Shown here: positions 43,259 to 57,289 of the stretch, in pieces
How the letters are laid out: each line of letters begins with the position of its first letter
How positions within the stretch are numbered: position 1 is the first letter of the stretch
NCBI GenBank assembly: GCA_964016885.1
Contig: OZ024740.1
Coordinates: forward strand, 178,932,001-178,996,000
Direction: 5' to 3'
Origin: Eledone cirrhosa
Taxonomy: Eukaryota
DNA: 64,000 nt
Notes under the pieces: generated by a model
Databases searched by the model: none
What the model saw: only the letters and a program-made list of their open reading frames with translations
Told to the model about the DNA's origin: nothing
Made by a program: the position numbers and the translations under genes

Positions 43259-44432
43259 CTGTATATATATAAAATTAAGTATGTGTGTGTCTGTGTATTA
43301 CCTATAGGGGCCTACATCTTACGACCAATTTTCATGAAACTTTACAGGCTCATACATTAGTCATTGGGGAGTGTTTTCTATATATAAGCGTATCGTTTTT
43401 TTATCATTCTGCAGATAAAAATTGATAGGGGGGTCACCTTTTTTTAGGTATCGAAAAATAAGATTTTTGGCTCTAGCTCCCACATTTTGCCACCGATTTC
43501 GTTCAAATTTTAAAGCAAAATAGAATTTATCATTGCACATTCTGTAATGGCTTTATATTTTGCATTTGTTGCTCAGGGACGGCGTGGCAGCCGCTTAAAT
43601 ATTCAAAAATAACACTTTTAGACTCGAGCGCCCACATTAATCAACCTACTTTGTTCAAATTTTACACTACGCTAGATCTGATTATTTCACGTTAGATCTG
43701 ATTATTTCACGTCTTAAACTGGCATTAGATTTTGGATTTTTTTGTTCAGGAACGGCGTGGCAGCCCCTTAAATATTCGAAAATACCACCTTTACGCTCAA
43801 ATTTCAGCCTTTTCGGCTCTAGCTCCCACATTTTTCAACCGATTTCGTTCAAATTCGAAACTTCGGCTCCACCTCACACACAAATCAATTTATTTGGTTC
43901 AACTTTTATACTACGGTAGAACCTATCATTGCACATCTTATAGTAGCTTCAAACTTTGCATTTTTTGTTCAGGGACGGCGACCTATCATTAGATCCCACA
44001 TTTTTCAACCGATTTCGTTCAAATTCGAAACTTCGGGTCCACCTCACACACAAATCAATTTATTTGGTTCAACGTTTATACTACGATAGAACCTATCATT
44101 GCACATCTTATAGATGATCAAACGCAAAATGATGGCCACTGACGTCGTCTGAGCTTTTATTTGTGTATTTGAGAATTCATAGGTTTCCAATCAAGTCGAG
44201 TGAGGAAATTTGGCTTAGTGTTAGAGGTCATTACCTCCCCCCCCCCCCCCCCCAGCATGCCCCTTCGTCAGTCACCCGCGTTTCTCAGTGATAGAGATCA
44301 TCACTACCCTCCCCCGCATGGGCTGTGTGTGGCCATAGAGGAGTCATCGAGAAGCAGTCGCTAAGATCAAGACCTTTTCATCAAAGCAGATATTATTTTA
44401 CCTACCCAGGCAACGCTGGATACTGCTGCTAG
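43258..44432 (+). mobile_element. Non-autonomous Helitron with internal tandem subrepeats
   Basis: 5' A|TCTGTATATATATAAAA. 3' hairpin CCAGGCAACGCTGG, then CTAG|T. Internal repeats of CCCACATTTT..CCGATTTCGTTCAAATT. Confidence 0.85.
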
Positions 44433-44438
44433 TATACA

Positions 44439-44483
<45 letters not shown>

Positions 44484-44485
<2 letters not shown>

Positions 44486-44957
44486 GAATGTATATATAGT
44501 ATATTTTGCAATACACTGCATGCTTAATTAAAAGCATTTCGAAGACCTTATGCTTTTAATTAAGCATACAGTCTAATGCAAAAGACATTATATATACATT
44601 CATATATATATAGCTATTTCAGAGCACCAATTCTGATTTTCAATTTCTGCTTGACCGGCAACCGCTCTGTATAATCAGTTCCTGATTATTAGTAGAATTT
44701 TATAAGAATCAAACATTCATCATGTTCAGCAAACAGGACTAGTTAGCTTTGATAAGCATCAAAAAATGCGAAACAGAGCTCTGTCAGCTTTTTCTCCCCT
44801 GTTTGCTGAAAATTAAAGTAAGTGAGACTCTCACTACTCTAAAACATTAGCATAAGGTCTTCGAAATTCTTTCAATTAAGCATACAGTGTATTGCAAAAT
44901 ACACTATATATACATTCATATATATATCGCTATTTCAGAGCACCAATTCTAATTGTA
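44484..44957. mobile_element. PLE-type tandem plus inverted pLTR fragment
   Basis: 44484-44553 is inverted relative to 44850-44920. 44555-44634 is repeated directly at 44871-44950. Tail of about 35 bp on one side. Confidence 0.6.
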
Positions 44958-44976
44958 ATATATATATATATATATA

Positions 44977-45356
44977 GTTATGTAATAAACAACATAAGGC
45001 AATTTATTTCATTTACCAGTGGTTTCTTAAAAGCAAACAAATGTTGCTTTCAATCATCAGAATGAAAAAATCCTGGTGTATTTATTGACATTGGATTTTA
45101 AAAACAGAAATATAATCTATATGAAAGTGAGGCTGGAAAAGGAAGAAGGAAAGGAAAAATAAACACACATGTACACACACAAACACATATATATACATAT
45201 ACACATATATACACACACATACATACACACACACACATATGTATATATATATATACATACACATACACATACACACATACACACATATATATCAACATAT
45301 CCATACATACACATACACACAAATACACAAACACGCACACACACACACACACATGC

Positions 45357-45387
<31 letters not shown>

Positions 45388-46067
45388 CATACACACAATC
45401 ATACGTATATACACACGTACATACACACACATACATACGCACATATATATACACGCATACATACGCATGCACAAATATAGATATATGTACACACACCTAT
45501 ATACGCACACACACAAATAATTATAAGAAAAAATATAATAATAAAAAGACCGTCACATAAGAATAAAAATGAATAAAAATTATTATAATGTTGACAGCGA
45601 TACAGGCAACAAATAAATGAACAAACGCACGTGGTAAGCAATACACGCACATACATACGTAAAAATAAATACATACACACATACACATACACATACATAT
45701 ACATATACACATACATACACATACATGTGTGTGTGTGTGTGTATGTATTTATTTTTACGTATGTATGTGTGTGTGTAATTGCGTGTATTGCTTACAACGT
45801 GCGTTTGTTCATTTATTTGTTGCCTGTATCGCTGTCAACACTATAATAATTTTTATTCATTTTTATTCTTATGTGACGGTATTTTTGTTATACTTTTTCT
45901 TATAATTATTTGTGTGTGTCCGTATGTAGGTGTGTGTACATATATCTATATTTGTGCATGCGTATGTATGCGTGTATATATATGTGTGTAGGTATGTGTG
46001 TATGTACGTGTGTATATACGTATGATTGTGTGTATGTATGTGTATATATACGTATATATATATATGA

Positions 46068-46148
<81 letters not shown>

Positions 46149-46587
46149 TGTGTATTTGTGTGTATGTGTATGTATGGATATGTTGATATATATGTGTATG
46201 TATGTATATATGTATGTGTATGTATATATATATATATATACATATATGTGTGTATGTATGTATGTGTGTGTATATATGTGTGTATGTATATATGTGTGTG
46301 TATGTAATTGTGTGTGTGTGTGTGTGTGTGTACATGTGTGTTTATTTTTCCTTTCCTTTTCCAGCCTCACTTTCGGTATAGATTATATTTCTATTTTTAA
46401 AATCCAATGTCAATAAATACACCAGGATTTTTTCATTCTGATGATTGAAAACGAAATTTGTTTGCTTTTAAGAAACCACTGGTAAATGAAATAATTGCCT
46501 TCTGTTGTTTATTACATAACTATTAAGCTCTGTATCCTACATAGAGCACTCTTTTTTCCTGGACCTTTCCGACGGAATTACTACATT

Positions 46588-46588
<1 letters not shown>
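44977..46588. mobile_element. Family G: palindrome of about 1.55 kb (arms 44977-45725 and 45727-46523) with an HHR in each arm and a one-sided 65-bp tail
   Basis: Unique segments and microsatellite blocks mirror each other with scattered mismatches. Confidence 0.88.
46431..46491 (+). ncRNA. Canonical type I hammerhead ribozyme (mirror copy 45007-45067 on minus)
   Basis: Stem I TTTCATT/AATGAAA (7 bp), CTGATGA, stem II TTGAAAGCAA/TTGCTTTTAA (left copy), GAAAC-C-ACT-G-GTA. Confidence 0.85.
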
Positions 46589-46672
<84 letters not shown>

Positions 46673-46702
46673 GTGTATATATATATACATATATATATAC
46701 AG

Positions 46703-46745
<43 letters not shown>

Positions 46746-46826
46746 AAAGAGGGGGACATATATATATGAGAAATAGAAAGATATATATATATATGTATAT
46801 ATATGTATATATATATATATATATAT

Positions 46827-47580
46827 AAACATAAATTATCGAGAATAGCATTTCGGCCCACGAAATAACGAAAAACAACCTCCGAGGTGTGTGGAAAGTG
46901 CTCAATGATTCAGATGAACCAGAGCTATAAAAAAGGTTAAAGGCCAAACACACTGAGACGATGGTTAAACAATCATTCGCATAGCCAAAAAAAACGATCA
47001 AGTAATTCGGATCAAACAAATAAAAAATATCTGTGATTGAAAATTTACCCGGACCCTGGAAGGTTGGTAAAATCCAGTATCTGGGTTTCTGCGGCTCCTA
47101 AATCAAGTACTGTCCGCTTACATAAATAATGTTAGGCCTCTGGTAAGATGATTGAACAAGGAAGCCACTTTCTCAACAGGTTTTAGTTCAATGTTAATAC
47201 AAGGACTGACTATTGCTGACACCACGTGGGGATCGGCAAGGAAGGCAACCCCTATATCAGGCGAATGAATTCAGTTGTGTATATTTTTGCAAGAATGCAA
47301 AAACATCACAAATCGAATAGAGTTCTCAACAGAAGGGTTAAAATTAACATAAGCTATTCATCAGTCAATAGAATCAACTAAAAAATCAATTAAATTAACT
47401 GGTCAATAGCTAGAGTCTGGAGATTAATACAAACATAAATTATCGAGAATCGCATTTCGGCCCACGAAATAACGAAATACAACCTCCGAGATGTGTGGCA
47501 AGTGCTCAATGATTCAGATGAACCAGAGCTATAACAAACGTTAAAGGCCAAACACACTGAGACGATGGTTAAACAATCAT
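46827..47580 (-). mobile_element. Family F: 1.25 tandem units of about 605 bp starting at (TA)n
   Basis: 46827-46978 is repeated at 47432-47580. Carries the tail hairpin. Only a degenerate HHR half (GCGG..CCGC-A-GAAAC) is visible. Confidence 0.75.
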
Positions 47581-47829
47581 ATATACATTTATACAATCAT
47601 ATATACATTTTATTTATGATAATACTTTACGGATGCCACTTGAATAAGGTAATTATTTAATACATAAATGAACAGGTACTACTGCTGCTGACCTGTGAGT
47701 GATGACAAATAAGGGATAACAGCACATTCCGAATATGTACTGCACTTCTGAACTGGAGCCTTGCCACTGGATACACTTTAATGTCATACCCAAGATATGA
47801 GATTATCTGGAGAATTTTGCCCTTTTTTA

Positions 47830-48075
47830 AAACTGTTTTTCCTTTGCTTTTTGAGACTCGTTGACCCCGCGTTCAGCGGCCCTCCTTTGGTCGTTTTCTT
47901 GTCTTTGCTGTCGCTGTGCAGGGGACTCTAGTGCTCTTGCTCTGGCTACCTGTACTTGCCTTGGTTGCCCTGTAGAATACTGTTCTTCTGCATGCCCTCC
48001 CTCTCTCTTCTTGCCTTGTTAGCAACGTCTGAAAAGCTTGTGGAAAGTGAGAACATTTTTCTCCTTGGTATCTTT
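47830..48075 (-). pseudogene. Possible N-terminal remnant of a Helitron RepHel ORF
   Basis: Minus frames give (I/M)PRRK..S..ANKARRERE and ARARALESPAQRQQRQENDQRR, resembling the E[ST]xEQRxxR repeats of Helitron N-termini. Confidence 0.35.
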
Positions 48076-48382
48076 TTTTGAAAATTGAAATTGGGATTAA
48101 ATAAAAAATGAATTAAAATTACATGAATATCTTCACCAGGGAGATATAAATCAATGGCGATTGTGGGACGCCAACTTATCACATACAAACACACACACAC
48201 ATACACACACAAACACACACTCACACACACATACAAACACACACACAAACTCATACAACCACACACACACGCACACGCATCCACACCTACAAGCACATAT
48301 AAGCAAAAAGCAACGTCTCTCTTCGTCAAACATTTAGAAGTATTAATTCGCATTCATTTGTTTTGGAATTACGAAGTAATTT

Positions 48383-48429
<47 letters not shown>

Positions 48430-48469
48430 CGTAATAGAAGTAGCCCCTTTTCTTTTTTTCTGCCATTAT

Positions 48470-48655
48470 TGGATTGGCAGTATCGGTAGAGGGTCTGACG
48501 CCATGCTTTGCAGCAAAGAGTTACGGCCTTTTATGGTCTGAGTTCAAATCCCGCCGAGGTTAACTTTGCCTTTCAACCTTACGGGTTCGATAAAATAAAG
48601 TACCGGTAATACACTGGGTTATTTGCTGGCCTTGTGCCAAAAGTAGAAACAATTA
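48470..48655 (+). mobile_element. SINE S1
   Basis: Near full-length copy. Confidence 0.9.
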
Positions 48656-48778
48656 TTTACTCTCCTCTCCTCTCTCTCCCTTCCATGCTACAATACCAAA
48701 GCATTGTCTCTCACACACACATGCACGTATCTTCACTGACACAACATACACATATAGTATCTCTCTCTCTGTCTCTCT

Positions 48779-48820
<42 letters not shown>

Positions 48821-49947
48821 GCTATCCCTCTCTTTGTGTGGCCTCTCTTTCAATTTTTCTACTTCGATACAAACTTCTTCTCTCTCACCCTGTCTCTCTC
48901 TCCCCCTCTCTCTCTCCCTCTCTCTCGTTCTCATTCCGTGTTTCTCTCTCAATCACACACATATTCTCTGTAACTCTTCCTCTCCTCTCTTTTAGTCCCT
49001 ATGTCTGTTTCTTTCACTCTCTCCCTTTCTAACTCACTCACTTATAAGTTCTTTCCTACTATTTACATTTATCGAAATGCTTCAAAGAGACGGTGAAGTT
49101 GTAATGAAAAAGGAGGCGTGGACGAGAAGTAAACAGCCACTCTCTCACTTTGCCTTTCTCTCTCTTTCTCCTCCCCCATTCACTCATTGGCATTGTACAA
49201 TAGACATAAATACACAGATATCCGCAAATATTATATAGATTTGTACACACATAAAATATGTGCGTGTGTCGTGTGTGCGTGCGCTTGCGCGTGCATGTTT
49301 GCCTATGTATATAAACAAACTCTTCGCTGGGAGAAAGAGTTTATATATATTAACATAATGAATATATTATTTACATTCGAATCGTTATATACACCTGTAT
49401 TTACAATTGAATTAATATCTTTGTTATCATACATATTCGTGTGTATAAATATAAACCCACAAACACCGATAAACTCACACAAATTCACACGCATACACAC
49501 ATACACTAACACAAATACTCACATATATATTCACGCAAACACACACACACACACTCCTGCAGAACGTGGAAGAGTTTGGAAGTCAATTGGCTGTTTTTGC
49601 CGTAGTCTTTTCACCATCCCCCTTCCTTCCTTTTAACTCATCCATCACACGAGTAGACTGACACACTGACGGACACCATTAGACTTTTATTTATATGGAT
49701 AAGACATGAAATAAAATAGAAGTTATTCGTATGTAATGTTCATCGGTGTATTGAACTTGTAGTTTATACATGTTTGCCTGTGCATGTGTGTGTGTGTGTT
49801 TGCATTTTTGTACGCTTGTATGTATGTATGTATGTATGTATGTATGTATGTATGTATGTATGCATGCATGCATGTATGTAGGTATCAATGTGTGCATGTG
49901 CACACACTTGCGCGCATACATACACGCACACAAGCTTATATATTTGC

Positions 49948-49997
<50 letters not shown>

Positions 49998-51408
49998 TGT
50001 AGTACAAATTTGGTATAAATATTCAAGGGTAAGAACAGTCAGTTTATAGGACGAGATAAGTACTAGTTACAGCAGTGACATGTACAAGTACTTAAAATGG
50101 CTTCCTCCATGGAGATTTTGGAAAACATAGGTGAGTTCTTAGAATAGAACTAATGTCGAATTTATCTATAGATAGATAAATCCTTTGAATAATGTGAGTG
50201 AAAAGGGACGTAACTATTAAAAAAGCCAAGGCAGGCAACAGCTTAAACAAGGAACCCATGATTTTCTTAATCTAGTTGCTAACATATCTTACGGCAAACA
50301 CTCCAACCCCTATCAGAATAAACTAAGTAAAGACATAAAACTTCATATCCTCTGATAAAACAAACATTCTTTAGCACTGATCTAGGCTGGTTAGAATGGT
50401 AATTTATATAACGGAGATTTTCCTTTGGCTTGTGATATAATCAGTGCAGCCCAGTGTCTAGCTCTTGGGCCACGTCAAGAAAGTTTGCAGTTCTAGATTT
50501 CCGTTCTCGTCCTACATTTAAAAAAAAAAGCCTAATATTTTGTATTGTTTTTCTAACTGGATAGCATTGTTTTTGGAAGGTGAAGAGAGCGTCATCTCTG
50601 TAGAGTCGGTCCCCGATCTCTAGAAATTACAGCCAAATATTATGGAGTAGGTAAGTTCTTACTATGTCCGTGATTTGCGCCGAGTCACTAGAGTCCATTG
50701 TTATGTAAAAGCTGTTCGGTCGGTCCTTAGGTTCCCAGAGTTTACTTTCGAATTTTATTAGTGTTTTCCTAGTTGTCGTTATTGTATTCACTTCCCTTCG
50801 GAGGAAGCTGGAGTTCCGGATAGCTAGGTGAAGGACTTTGTTAATCAGTAAGAGGAAATAGATATCTGGTAGTTGGAGATGTATAGTTGGACGAAGCTAG
50901 CTCCACATTTAAACTAGATTAAGTCGTTGGTGCAAGTCCATGAGCTAGTTCCTAATTTAACTTTATGTTCTGTGATAATTCTATCAATTGCGGACTTTAC
51001 TCGCTGGCGTGTAGGGTGCAGCCACTGCAGTTTGATTAGTGGTGATTGTCATAACAGATGTTATTTTGACTCTAGACAGGGTCATCGTAGAATGACACAA
51101 ATACCGAACCATACTTAACTCCACAGCCCCCACCACCATTGTTTTCATATCGTGTTTATGAATCCCCATTACCTGACAAACACAACACCTAATATCCTGC
51201 TGACAACTCTTCTTTTCACACACATATCTACACACGCATCCGCGCACATGTAAAACACCCCAATTCAATACAACAGCACAAGCACACAGACACATGGAAA
51301 TAAGCACACAAACACATACACTCATGCACATGAAAATATGTATATATATATATATATATATAGATATATATATATATATATATATACATATTTTCATGTG
51401 CATGAGTG

Positions 51409-51451
<43 letters not shown>

Positions 51452-51470
51452 TTTCATGTGCATGAGTGTA

Positions 51471-51528
<58 letters not shown>

Positions 51529-51531
<3 letters not shown>

Positions 51532-52460
51532 AATTAGTATATCTACTAACATATATATACAGATGCATACCTATGCCAGCAAATATATAGGTTTTGTCTT
51601 AGTAACTTTGTGGTTCAATGCATGGGGATGCAGAACAATAATATGAGAGACGTAAAATAAGAAAATTATAAAAATTAACTTACTTACTAAAATTTCACTC
51701 CAACTATTTACTTTCTGAAAGGGAATAAACATAGTTTCCGAAGAAACGTACGGAGAAGCCTTTCGTCATCAGGGAAGTCTATTCTCAGCTAAGTTTCCAG
51801 GCAATACGTGGACACAGGGAACTTATGCACAAATAATTCAGTGGATGGAAAAAAGCAAAGAGTGGACTAAGTTCCAAGCCATTGAAAAAAATCACTGCCT
51901 ACTTCGTCGGTGGCAAATTCAAAAGAATCAATCACGTGACATCGAAGTCAATCAGTGAAGAGTGGTTTGTTAAGAAGACAGCAGCCGGACCGTTACTATG
52001 AACTATAGTAGCAGTTTTGGCCAATTTTGGCTCGACAAAATAATTTGGAGATAATTATAAAGAATTAGTATATCTACTAACATATATATACAGATACATA
52101 CCTATGCTAGCAAGGCTGCTCTCTTCTTAACAAACCACTCTTCACTGATTGACCTCGATGTCACGTGATTGATTCTTTTGAATTTTCCACCGACGCAGTA
52201 GGCAGTGATTTTTTCAATGGCTTGGAACTTAGTCCACGCTTTGCTTTTTTCCATCCACTGAATTATTTTTGTATAAGTTCCCTGTGTCCACGTATTGCCT
52301 GGAAACTTAGCTGAGAATGGACTTCCCTGATGACGAAAGGCTTCTCCGTACGTTTCTTCGGAAACTATGTTTATTCCCTTTCAGAAACTAATTAGTTGGA
52401 GTGAAATTTTAGTAAGTAAGTTAATTTTTATAATTTTCTTATTTTACGTCTCTCATATTA
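51529..52460. mobile_element. HHR family A, diverged subfamily: 1.1 units plus an inverted arm (52114-52460)
   Basis: Clearly homologous to the 533-bp unit. CTGATGA-CGAA..TTCG-GAAAC-TAT-GTT at 52327-52371. Confidence 0.88.
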
Positions 52461-52598
52461 TATATATACTATAGGCACTCGTTTACGTGTGTTGTATTGA
52501 AGCGAATAAGTATGGGAATATATCCTACATTACCTATTGAGTACGCTGAGATACAACCGGTCCTGGCATTAATAAATATGCCGGGTCCGTCAACTCCT

Positions 52599-52632
<34 letters not shown>

Positions 52633-52635
<3 letters not shown>

Positions 52636-53212
52636 AGAGACGTAAAATAAGAAAATTATAAAATTAACTTACTTACTAACATATCACTTCCAACTAATTA
52701 GTTTCTGGAATGGAGTAAATATATTTTCCGAAGATGATATAGAGAAGCATTCCGTCGTCAGGAAAGTCTATTCTCATGTAAGTTTCCAGGCAAAGCGAAG
52801 ACTCTGGAAACTTATTAAAAAATAATTCAGTGGATAGGAAATAGCAAAGCGTGGACTGAATTCTTAGCCATTGAGAAAATCACTGCCTCTGCGGCAAATT
52901 CAAAAGGAATCGAACACGTGACATCGAGGTCAATCAGTGGAAAGTGGTTTGCTAATAAGACAGCGGCCTGCCTACAACCGTAGCAGCAGTCATGGCCAAT
53001 ATTGCTCGACAAATAATTTGGAGATAATAATAAAGAATTCATATCTAGTAACATATATATACATACAGATGCATATCAATGCTAGCAAATATATAGGTTT
53101 TGTCTTAATAACATTGTGGTTCAATGCATGGGGTTGCAGAACAATAATATAAGAGACGTAAAATAAGAAAATTATTAAATTATAAAATTATAAAATTAAC
53201 TTACTTACTAAA
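52633..53212 (-). mobile_element. HHR family A, third subfamily, about 1.1 units
   Basis: GAGACGTAAAATAAGAAAATTA at 52637 and 53153. Confidence 0.85.
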
Positions 53213-53222
53213 TATATATACT

Positions 53223-53292
<70 letters not shown>

Positions 53293-54649
53293 ATATATAT
53301 ATATATACCCACACGAGTAGTCCTGTTTATGCACTCAAACACTTACGTACGCCCACATACACGACCAGAAATAGGGCCAATGTTTATATCTATACCCAAC
53401 ATCTCATAGATCACAACAGACACTGTGTTTTCTGTTAAATCACCAGTCTAAGAGAGAATGGAGTCGGATCTACAACTTCTATGGGTATCTTGAGCTAATT
53501 CTCTGCGAAACACACATAGCAGATCGATACACAATAAAGAACTGTATGTATGGGCCTGCATGATTGTTTAAAATGTTTGTATTATGTGTATACATTTGTA
53601 TAATGTGCATATGCGTGTGAGTGTGTACCTGTCTTTTTTGAAGGTGCACGTGTATGTATGTGTGATTTTGTGTCGTTTATTGTGTTGTATTGTAATGAGT
53701 TTGTGTGCGTTTGCATGTATATTTTCAATGTTTACAACATATTATATATTTGTATTTGTCGGCATTGAGTGAGTGTCTGTATGAAAGTATGTGTCTAAAC
53801 ATAATCTCTATGAGTGCATTGATTGTTTGTGCGCGAAGTTTCCTTGTGGATGAGTATGTGTATGTATATGTGCGAATAACATGCTGTTTTGTAGTAGTGT
53901 GTTTCTGTTTACTCTCTCTCTCTCTATCTATCTATCTCTCTCACACACACACTCTAACTCCCTCTCACTCGTTCTTATTCTTTCATTCTATCTCTATGTA
54001 CATTCATGTGGGGTTGTGAGTGTTGGATGTGCGTGCATATTGCTTTTCGTGTGCAAAGATCTTGTGAAAAATTACGGTAGTTGCCTGTATCAATGCCTGT
54101 ATCAATGCTAACACCTCAAAGACAGGAATAAAAGACATTCATAACACATCCAATCTATCTGCAACAGACAAGGTAGTACATAAACAAAATATTTACCCTG
54201 AAGGAGAACAGAAAAGATACCATAACATTAATCTGGTTTTTAGTCGAAATCTCAAAGCGTAGTGTCAAGATGACTCTTTTGTACAACTATCTCATACAGG
54301 TGTTTGAAATACTAAATAGAAAACAGGATCAAATGTCGAAGTTATGAATTGCAGATATTATTGATACACATGTCTTAAAAAAACCTTCGTCAAATACGTT
54401 CCCATTAACATGTTGTTATATATATATATATAACGAAAGAGAGGGGGAGAGGGAGAGAGAGAGTGTGTGTGTGTGTTACCGGTTTTATTTCTAAGAATTA
54501 GGGTCAATTTACTCTGCCATATAAAACACAACGCAAGACGTTCAGAAATCTAAGGAAAGCTAAATTTCAACATCCACTACAGTACAAATATAACCTCTCA
54601 CTATACAAGAATTTTATTTGAAAGCGTCAATATTCAGATGATAAATAAT

Positions 54650-54860
54650 GATTTCTAGTATGGGCGCAGGGCAAGTAATTTAGGGGGAGGGGAAAGTCGA
54701 TTAAATCGATCCCAGTACGTTACTGGTGCTTTATTTTATCAACCCCGTAAGGATGAAAGGCAGAATTAATGTCGGCGATTTGAACTCAAACCGTAAAAGA
54801 CCGTAATTCTATGCTGCAAAGCATGGTGTCCGACTCTACCTTAACTGCCAATCCACCGTC
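54650..54860 (-). mobile_element. SINE S1 (longer, older variant)
   Basis: Same head and core. Confidence 0.85.
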
Positions 54861-55416
54861 CTTCAGATTATAAATAATAGAAACATGACGTCAGTTTACG
54901 CCAAAGAGACAATTATGTAGAAATTAAGACAATAAATGCCCAATAGATAGAAAATGTCACTGGAAAAATGCTTACTTTGTTAAGTATATGCGTTCCACTT
55001 AAGCGTAATTAATTTATAGATTGGATTTTTTTCAAAACTAAAGCTTTCATGCGTATACTCGGGTATCTCCACCACCAGTGCGCATCAAGGTAACACTTGT
55101 AGAATTTTAACTCTTCACTCATGGAATCCTCATGTAATTGCTTTTATAGAAACAGCTACATCGGAGAGATATACGAAAGAATTTCGCACATAACCACTCA
55201 TTTGCCAACAAAGAAGCAAATTATTCTCCTCAAGGACAACAGAAGATATGTTATATCAGTAATCTAGTTGATAGTCAGGATCTCAACGAGCAGGATTAAG
55301 ATATTATTTGTACAATCTCAAACAAGCTAGGTATAGAAGTTATGATATAAATAATACATAAAGTTTACAGAAATTTATGTATATACCCGTATATATACAC
55401 ATATCTAGATATATAT

Positions 55417-55448
<32 letters not shown>

Positions 55449-56044
55449 CATACATACACATACATACATATATAAATATATATATATATAAATGAAAGTA
55501 AAGAAATTATTGTGAGCGTGAAGCCAACAGTATTTCATAATATATATATATATATAACGAAGGAAGTGTGGTAAGGAACCAGGTGGACCATAACGCACCA
55601 GAGTACTCGATACTTTGGGTAGTAGAGTGAGTAATAGGACAAGAGTCAGGACCCCGACGGCAGAGTTCAAGCCGTTTCGTTGGCTATTTCTGTCATCCTT
55701 ATTTTTTTTCACGGGGGTGGGGGTCCTGAGGCTACAAAAATCCGATGGGCTGCCTCAGGGTAAGCGAAAGAGGAGAAAGGAAAAAGAAGAGGAGACGGAG
55801 TGGAAGGAAGTGAGAAGAGATAACGGGGAAAAAAGAAAAGTATTACATCTACCAATGTACGTTGGGGTTTTACCTATCATTTCGGCAAGTGGGGAAAAGA
55901 AAGATGCTACAGCTATTATCTACCCACCCGAATCGTGAGGGGGTTTGAAGGCAAGGTAAGTCCTACGCAATCGGTGTTTACATGCGGTTACAAGTTCGTC
56001 TTTTTTGTTTAGGAGTTGGTCCTTGACAGAAATATATATATATA

Positions 56045-56820
56045 AACAAAGAGATATTTAATTTGCTGGTAATTCAACAAATTTATTTATTATAACAGAA
56101 TCGAAGCAATCTACAAATTTTCTGGAGTATAATATCAATGATGTTAATAAATGGAAACTATATTTATAAAACCATATTTTATTTTAAAACCATATTTATT
56201 TATATTATTAAATTAAAAATCCTTCGTAACCCTTAAATTATATTTGAATTAATAACAGCACGTATAATCACCAATAATATTTATATTTTTAACTATTTAT
56301 GTAATTATGTATATAATTGACTGGTTGTAATATAATAAGCTAAAGTGTACTTACAACCTTAATTCCTTAAAATATAATTATATACATTATATATATAATA
56401 TTATAATCTCATGATTTAGTTATATATTTAAACATTTTTGGATTAGTATTCTACCACTTCAACATTTTTAATTTTTAAATCTACTTGCACCCTAATAATA
56501 ATATTATCCTATCTTTCTTCCTTCTTCTTCATCTTTTTCTTTTATAAAGTATCCTAATAATTTTTTCTGTTTACGCTTCTACTTCATTTGCATATCCATC
56601 CTAAATAATTTGAAATGTTTCTCTTTTTCTTTCATTATCCAAATGTAACCTGAACCGATAGGGTTTGGTTTATCGGGTATGTCACTATCTATAAAACAAA
56701 TTTTGTATTTTATCTGATGAGAGCGTACCAAAGTTTTTTGGTACCCTTGAAATATATATAATAAAATAAAATAAATATGGTTTTATAAATATAGTTTCCA
56801 TTTATTAATATCATTGATAT
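56045..56820. mobile_element. HHR family D, second locus; HHR at 56707-56767 on plus
   Basis: ATTTTAT-CTGATGA-GAG.GTACCA..TGGTAC.CTT-GAAA-TATATA-TA-ATAAAAT. Inverted ends 56133-56180 and 56773-56820. Confidence 0.8.
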
Positions 56821-56836
56821 ATATAAATATATATAT

Positions 56837-57270
56837 ATTGTTATACTTGGGGAGGGTCATATTTGTGTAATATTGCCAGAATTAATAACAGAACACATTC
56901 ACTGTTTAGAGACTGAATAACAATGGCGTAGACATACAATACAACAGGAGGAAAATATAACACCACTGACGATGTTGCAGATGTGCAACGAAAGATTTAT
57001 GATAAACTATATATATGTGTTTGTGTCTATATTGTATCTGTATTATTTTTGACCGTCGGTCAGTCAATGGCAACATTGAGGACCGAGTAAGTTAGATTAC
57101 CGATATAAAAGACACAGAAGCGAGAAGCGAAAACCAACCAAACAGGGAGTGTGTTCTGTTATTAATTCTGGCAATATTACACAAATATGACCCTCCCCAA
57201 GTATAACAATATTTGTTTCGACACACGATTTCATATAAAAAACCTCGCAAAACTAATTCATCGCCGCTAA
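56837..57270. mobile_element. HHR family C, second locus, inverted pair; HHR at 56962-57002 on plus
   Basis: Arms 56837-56907 and 57140-57212, with a tail of about 58 bp. Confidence 0.8.
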
Positions 57271-57289
57271 TATATATATAGATATATAT

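Noticed and set aside
44977-46523. Palindromes as sequencing fold-back artefacts
   Set aside because: The arms carry substitutions, differing microsatellite lengths, family-specific termini and arm-specific insertions with TSDs. Read-level confirmation is still advisable.
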